Of a stretch of 64,000 bases of DNA, positions 59,727 to 64,000 are shown piece after piece; the first letter of the stretch is position 1; each line of letters opens with the position of its first letter. The notes beneath the pieces are model-generated. The model saw nothing but the letters and a program-made list of their open reading frames with translations, was not told the origin of the DNA and ran no database searches. Origin of the DNA: Minisyncoccota bacterium. GTDB lineage: Bacteria > Patescibacteriota > Minisyncoccia > Phycocordibacterales > PALSA-1337. The position numbers and the translations under genes are program-made. The DNA lies in the NCBI GenBank assembly GCA_041663145.1, contig JBAZRG010000003.1, positions 1,000-64,999 on the forward strand, read 5' to 3'.

Positions 59727-62700
59727 ATGGATCAAAGTTCAAAATCAGAAAAATCAACGCACGCTCTACGTGAGGAAAAGATCCTTGCTTATTGGAAGGA
59801 TAAAAATATATTCGAAAAGACCATGACTCTGCCTGCATCCGGCGGAAAGTCCAAGGGAGAGTTCATATTTTACGAAGGACCACCGACTGCCAATGGTCAT
59901 CCGGGCATACATCATCTGGTCGCCAGAGCTTTTAAGGATGCTGTTCCACGTTTCAAAACCATGCGTGGATATCACGTTCGTCGCAAGAGCGGTTGGGACA
60001 CTCATGGTCTGCCTGTTGAATTGCAAGTCGAAAAGGAGTTGGGACTTAAATCAAAAAAAGAGATAGAAAAATACGGTATCGCTGCTTTTAATGAAAAATG
60101 CAAAGAAAGCGTCTGGACATACGTTCATGAATGGGAACAATTTACCGATAGGATAGGGTATTGGGTCGATCTCAAGGATCCTTATATAACCTACAAGAGC
60201 AATTATATAGAATCTCTATGGAGTATTGTGGAAACTGTCGAAGAGAAAGGTTTACTTTATAAAGATTATAAAGTCGTTCCATGGTGTCCGCGTTGCGGAA
60301 CCGGACTTTCTTCGCATGAGTTGGCACAAGGATACGCCGATGTTAAAGATTTATCAGTCACTGTAAAATTCAAGATCGAAAAATCTGATAAGTTTGATTC
60401 TGACAAAGATACCTTTATTTTGGCTTGGACGACCACGCCGTGGACATTGCCGGGAAATGTCGCTTTGGCAGTCAATGAAAAGATTGAATATATAAGAGTT
60501 CGTACCGAGGATTGCGATCTTATTTTGGCTAAGGAAAGAATTGTGGTACTAAAAGATATTAAGTATGAAATCATCGACACCGTGAAGGGCACTGATTTGA
60601 TCGGACTAAAATACGAGCATCTCTATTCTTTCATCAAAGATAATATCGATGGTACGGAAAAAGGTAAACTGGATAATGCCTACAAAGTCTATTCTGCCGA
60701 TTTTGTAAATACTTCAGATGGTACGGGTATAGTTCATACAGCTGTCATGTATGGTCAAGACGATTTTGAATTGGGAAGCAAGATTGGTTTACCAAAATAT
60801 CATCTTGTAAATGAAGATGGAACTTTCAAGACTCAAGCTGGATTTTTGTCAGGTAAGTTTGTGAAAGATGAAGCGACCGATGTTGAAATCATAAAAGATC
60901 TAGCTAAGCGCGGTCTTCTGTTTGCCAAAGAAAAATATCAACATAGTTATCCATTTTGCTGGAGATGTCATACACCTCTCATATATTTCGCGCGCGATTC
61001 ATGGTACATAAAGATGTCAGATTTGCGAAAGAAACTCGTCAAAGAAAATGAGGACATAAACTGGGAACCAAAACACATCAGAGACGGTCGTTTCGGTGAG
61101 TGGCTTCGAGAAGTCAAAGATTGGGCGATTTCTAGAGAAAGATATTGGGGTACACCACTTCCGATCTGGGTTTGTGATGTATGTAAAGAAAGGAAAGTGG
61201 CAGGTTCCGTCGAAGATATTGCCAAGAAATCCAAAAACTCGTATTTCGTCATGAGACACGGTGAGGCGGAGAATAACGCGGCTCATTTGTTGGATTCGGA
61301 ATCTAATTCTACGAGCCATCTCACGACTAAAGGTCAGGATGATGTCAAAAATGCCGCAAATAGCTTGAAGAAATCCAAGATTGATATCATCTACTATTCA
61401 CCTCTGGCTCGGACAAAGGAGACTGCCACTATTGTTAAAGAAACATTGGGATTGGCCGATGATAAGTTTATTGCAGATGAGAGACTGAGAGAAATGGATC
61501 AGGGGCAGTGGTCAGGCAGATCGGCTGTCGAATTTGATGAGAAGTTTCCTTTGCACGAGCGTTTCGATGAATTGCCAGACGGAGTCGAGGATTACACGCA
61601 AATACGTCGGCGTGTAGGTGATCTCTTGTACGAGATAGAAAATAAACACAAGAATCAAAATATTTTATTTGTTACACATGGATCGCCAGCCATGATGCTC
61701 ATGTCAGTAGGGCAAGGGTATTCAAAAGAGCAGACGATTCGAAATGAAATCGAAAATTATATCAGCAAATCTGAGAGTCGAATCCTTGATGTAAAAATAT
61801 TGCCTCATAATCAGGATTATGAGCTCGATCTGCATCGCCCGTATATAGATGAAGTCAAACTGAATTGTAAATGCGGTGCTTCCATGACTAGAGTAAAGGA
61901 GGTGATGGATGTTTGGTTCGATTCTGGAGCGATGCCTTTTGCTCAGGACCATTATCCATTTGAGAATAAAAAATATGTAGATAAGATCGGATATCCGGCT
62001 GATTTTATCTCTGAAGCTATCGATCAAACTCGTGGCTGGTTTTATACTTTGCATGCGATAGGCGCGCTTCTCGGCAAAGGTAAAGCTTATAAAAACGTCA
62101 TTTGTTTGGGACATATATTGGATGCGGAAGGAAAGAAGATGTCGAAGTCTATAGGCAATGTCGTCAATCCTTGGGAAATGATAGACAAGTTTGGCGCTGA
62201 TGCGCTCCGGATGTGGATGTATTCGGTCAATCAGCCGGGTGATTCGAAAAACTTTGATCCCAAGACTGTTGATGAAATCAATAAGAAAGTTTTCAATCTC
62301 GCTTTGAATGTTCTCGCATTTTACGAACTTTATGCCGGAGGAGCGGATAGTGAAGACGGGGTCGCGCGTATTCCAAATTCTCAAAATGTCTTGGATCGAT
62401 GGATTGTGGCACGTCTGGCGCAACTTTTGGAAATTGTCACAAATAAACTGGAGAACTACGAGTTTTTCGAGCCAACCAGAGCTATCCGAGATTTCATCGG
62501 AGATTTGTCACAGTGGTATATCCGCCGTTCTCGCGACAGATTCAAATCCGACAATGAAAATGATAAGCGATCCGCTTTAGAGACTACAAGGTTTATTCTT
62601 ATCACTCTAGCAAAGATCATGGCCCCATTTACTCCGTTCTTCGCCGAGCATATATACCAAGGATTGAAAGGTGAAAAAGAGAGTGTTCATCTCGAATCGT

Positions 62701-63182
62701 GGCCGGATTCAAAAGATTTCAAGACCAAATCAGATCATGATCTGATAAACAATATGGACACAATCAGGAGCCTTTCGTCAAAAGGTTTGGAAGCCAGGAT
62801 GATGGCTAAGATAAATGTCCGCCAGCCACTTGCTTCTCTTAAGATACGCGAGATCGAAGCTGTGCCCGATGAATTGGCTGTACTTATAAAAGATGAGGTC
62901 AATGTCAAAAATATCGTTTGGAATGCCAAAACAGAAAAAGACGTGGAATTGGATATTATTCTCACTCCAGAATTGAAAGAAGAAGGAGAAGTGCGAGAAT
63001 TGTTGCGTCGCATTCAGGATCTCCGTAAGGAGAAAGGATTTAAGGTAAATGATATAGCTATTTTAGTGGCGACGGCGGATCTGCGTGATCTGATCAGTAA
63101 AGACGAGAATACAATCAAAATACAGACGAAACTCTCCAAGATCGAATACGGTCAAGAGTTCGGGTTAAAAGAGGGCAATTGA
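59727..63182 (+). CDS. ileS: Isoleucine--tRNA ligase (type 2) with inserted histidine-phosphatase domain
   Basis: EGPPTANG.PGIHH, GWDTHGLP, WTTTPWTLP, DWAISRERYWG, DQTRGWF, KMSKS; RHGE...VTHG insert. Confidence 0.96.
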   Translation: MDQSSKSEKSTHALREEKILAYWKDKNIFEKTMTLPASGGKSKGEFIFYEGPPTANGHPGIHHLVARAFKDAVPRFKTMRGYHVRRKSGWDTHGLPVELQVEKELGLKSKKEIEKYGIAAFNEKCKESVWTYVHEWEQFTDRIGYWVDLKDPYITYKSNYIESLWSIVETVEEKGLLYKDYKVVPWCPRCGTGLSSHELAQGYADVKDLSVTVKFKIEKSDKFDSDKDTFILAWTTTPWTLPGNVALAVNEKIEYIRVRTEDCDLILAKERIVVLKDIKYEIIDTVKGTDLIGLKYEHLYSFIKDNIDGTEKGKLDNAYKVYSADFVNTSDGTGIVHTAVMYGQDDFELGSKIGLPKYHLVNEDGTFKTQAGFLSGKFVKDEATDVEIIKDLAKRGLLFAKEKYQHSYPFCWRCHTPLIYFARDSWYIKMSDLRKKLVKENEDINWEPKHIRDGRFGEWLREVKDWAISRERYWGTPLPIWVCDVCKERKVAGSVEDIAKKSKNSYFVMRHGEAENNAAHLLDSESNSTSHLTTKGQDDVKNAANSLKKSKIDIIYYSPLARTKETATIVKETLGLADDKFIADERLREMDQGQWSGRSAVEFDEKFPLHERFDELPDGVEDYTQIRRRVGDLLYEIENKHKNQNILFVTHGSPAMMLMSVGQGYSKEQTIRNEIENYISKSESRILDVKILPHNQDYELDLHRPYIDEVKLNCKCGASMTRVKEVMDVWFDSGAMPFAQDHYPFENKKYVDKIGYPADFISEAIDQTRGWFYTLHAIGALLGKGKAYKNVICLGHILDAEGKKMSKSIGNVVNPWEMIDKFGADALRMWMYSVNQPGDSKNFDPKTVDEINKKVFNLALNVLAFYELYAGGADSEDGVARIPNSQNVLDRWIVARLAQLLEIVTNKLENYEFFEPTRAIRDFIGDLSQWYIRRSRDRFKSDNENDKRSALETTRFILITLAKIMAPFTPFFAEHIYQGLKGEKESVHLESWPDSKDFKTKSDHDLINNMDTIRSLSSKGLEARMMAKINVRQPLASLKIREIEAVPDELAVLIKDEVNVKNIVWNAKTEKDVELDIILTPELKEEGEVRELLRRIQDLRKEKGFKVNDIAILVATADLRDLISKDENTIKIQTKLSKIEYGQEFGLKEGN

Positions 63183-63194
63183 CGTTAAGGTGAT

Positions 63195-63776
63195 ATGTAT
63201 CATATTAGAACAACCCCGGGCTTTATAATCGGTTCCAGGCCATTTGGAGAGGCCGGGAAGGCTATGTCGATTTTTACTCGAGAATTCGGTCTCCTAAATG
63301 TGAGAGCCTTGGGAATCCGTCTGGAAAAATCCAAATTGAGATATCATGCAAGAGAATATACATTTGGTCATTTTTCTCTAGTTAAAGGCAAAGAATATTG
63401 GCGACTTACTGGAGCGATTTCGGATTCTACTCCACTTGATAGTAAGATTGGAAACGGTTTGCTCGGTAAGATCGCTTTTATTCTAGATCGCTTACTCCAT
63501 GGAGAAGATCCGAATCCAGAACTTTTTGACGGGGTTAAAGCCTGTGAATCTTTTCTGAGAGACAATGCGAGTCTTTCAAGAGAGCGAGCATGTACACTCG
63601 AATCTCTAGTTATGATTCGGATTATGCGTGAGCTCGGATATGTCGGAGGAAAGATGGAAGATTTGCGGTATGTCGATTCGATAGTTCTTACAATTGAAAT
63701 CTTGGATGAAATCGCTCCAAAGAGGCAGATGATGAATAAACATATAAATAAGGCTTTGCGTGAATCACATCTTTAA
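63195..63776 (+). CDS. recO: DNA repair protein RecO-like
   Basis: GEA.....IFTREFGLL...A.GIR..KSKL N-terminal OB fold. Confidence 0.8.
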   Translation: MYHIRTTPGFIIGSRPFGEAGKAMSIFTREFGLLNVRALGIRLEKSKLRYHAREYTFGHFSLVKGKEYWRLTGAISDSTPLDSKIGNGLLGKIAFILDRLLHGEDPNPELFDGVKACESFLRDNASLSRERACTLESLVMIRIMRELGYVGGKMEDLRYVDSIVLTIEILDEIAPKRQMMNKHINKALRESHL

Positions 63777-63792
63777 TAGTAGAATATACAAC

Positions 63793-64000
63793 GTGCCTCC
63801 TTCTTCGGACAAAAGTTATATTGATGAATTGAAAAAGTCGTTGTATGATCGCACGACTCCGGATATCCGTACAAAACGCAAATTACGATTTGATGAGACA
63901 CCGAGTCAGGTAAAGTCTGATTGGGAACATCCAGTCACTCCGTCTCCAACTCCAGTAGAATCAGATAATAAAAAATCATCACATATGTCTTTTTTTACAA
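63793..64000 (+). CDS. Hypothetical protein, 5' part only
   Basis: Open from GTG 63793 to the edge: ..DKSYIDELKKSLYDR.. Confidence 0.55.
   Translation, partial: MPPSSDKSYIDELKKSLYDRTTPDIRTKRKLRFDETPSQVKSDWEHPVTPSPTPVESDNKKSSHMSFFT

Noticed and set aside
61722-62423. Long antisense ORFs (also 9321-9929, 6798-7391, 39843-40442, 29775-30269 and many shorter)
   Set aside because: Shadows of better-supported genes on the opposite strand, with no recognisable motifs.

Overview
Chromosomal segment of a small-genome, AT-rich bacterium using genetic code 11. Gene content, short or absent leaders, PilM/N/O genes and rplK without an adjacent rplA point to Patescibacteria/Parcubacteria (CPR); this is an inference. 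It carries housekeeping genes (mutM, murE, ruvA, rpsT, rplS, rnr, folD, secE-nusG-rplK, thyA-dut-glyA, argS, ileS, recO), seven tRNAs and small accessory islets beside tRNAs. The main feature is a complete diversity-generating retroelement (DGR) at about 46.9-49.7 kb: target gene with VR (47551-47680), TR (48143-48272; 17 of 18 TR/VR mismatches fall at TR adenines), avd and reverse transcriptase. Its architecture is unusual. avd lies antisense between TR and RT, a (GA)12 microsatellite directly follows the avd start codons (candidate phase-variable ON/OFF switch), and a hairpin motif recurs three times in the DGR leaders. Also seen: three related long hairpin elements with compensatory changes, hairpins copied from tRNA termini, two candidate ncRNAs flanking glyA, and an IleRS2 with a GIHH motif and an inserted histidine-phosphatase domain. 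All alignments and counts were done by eye; no database searches were run.
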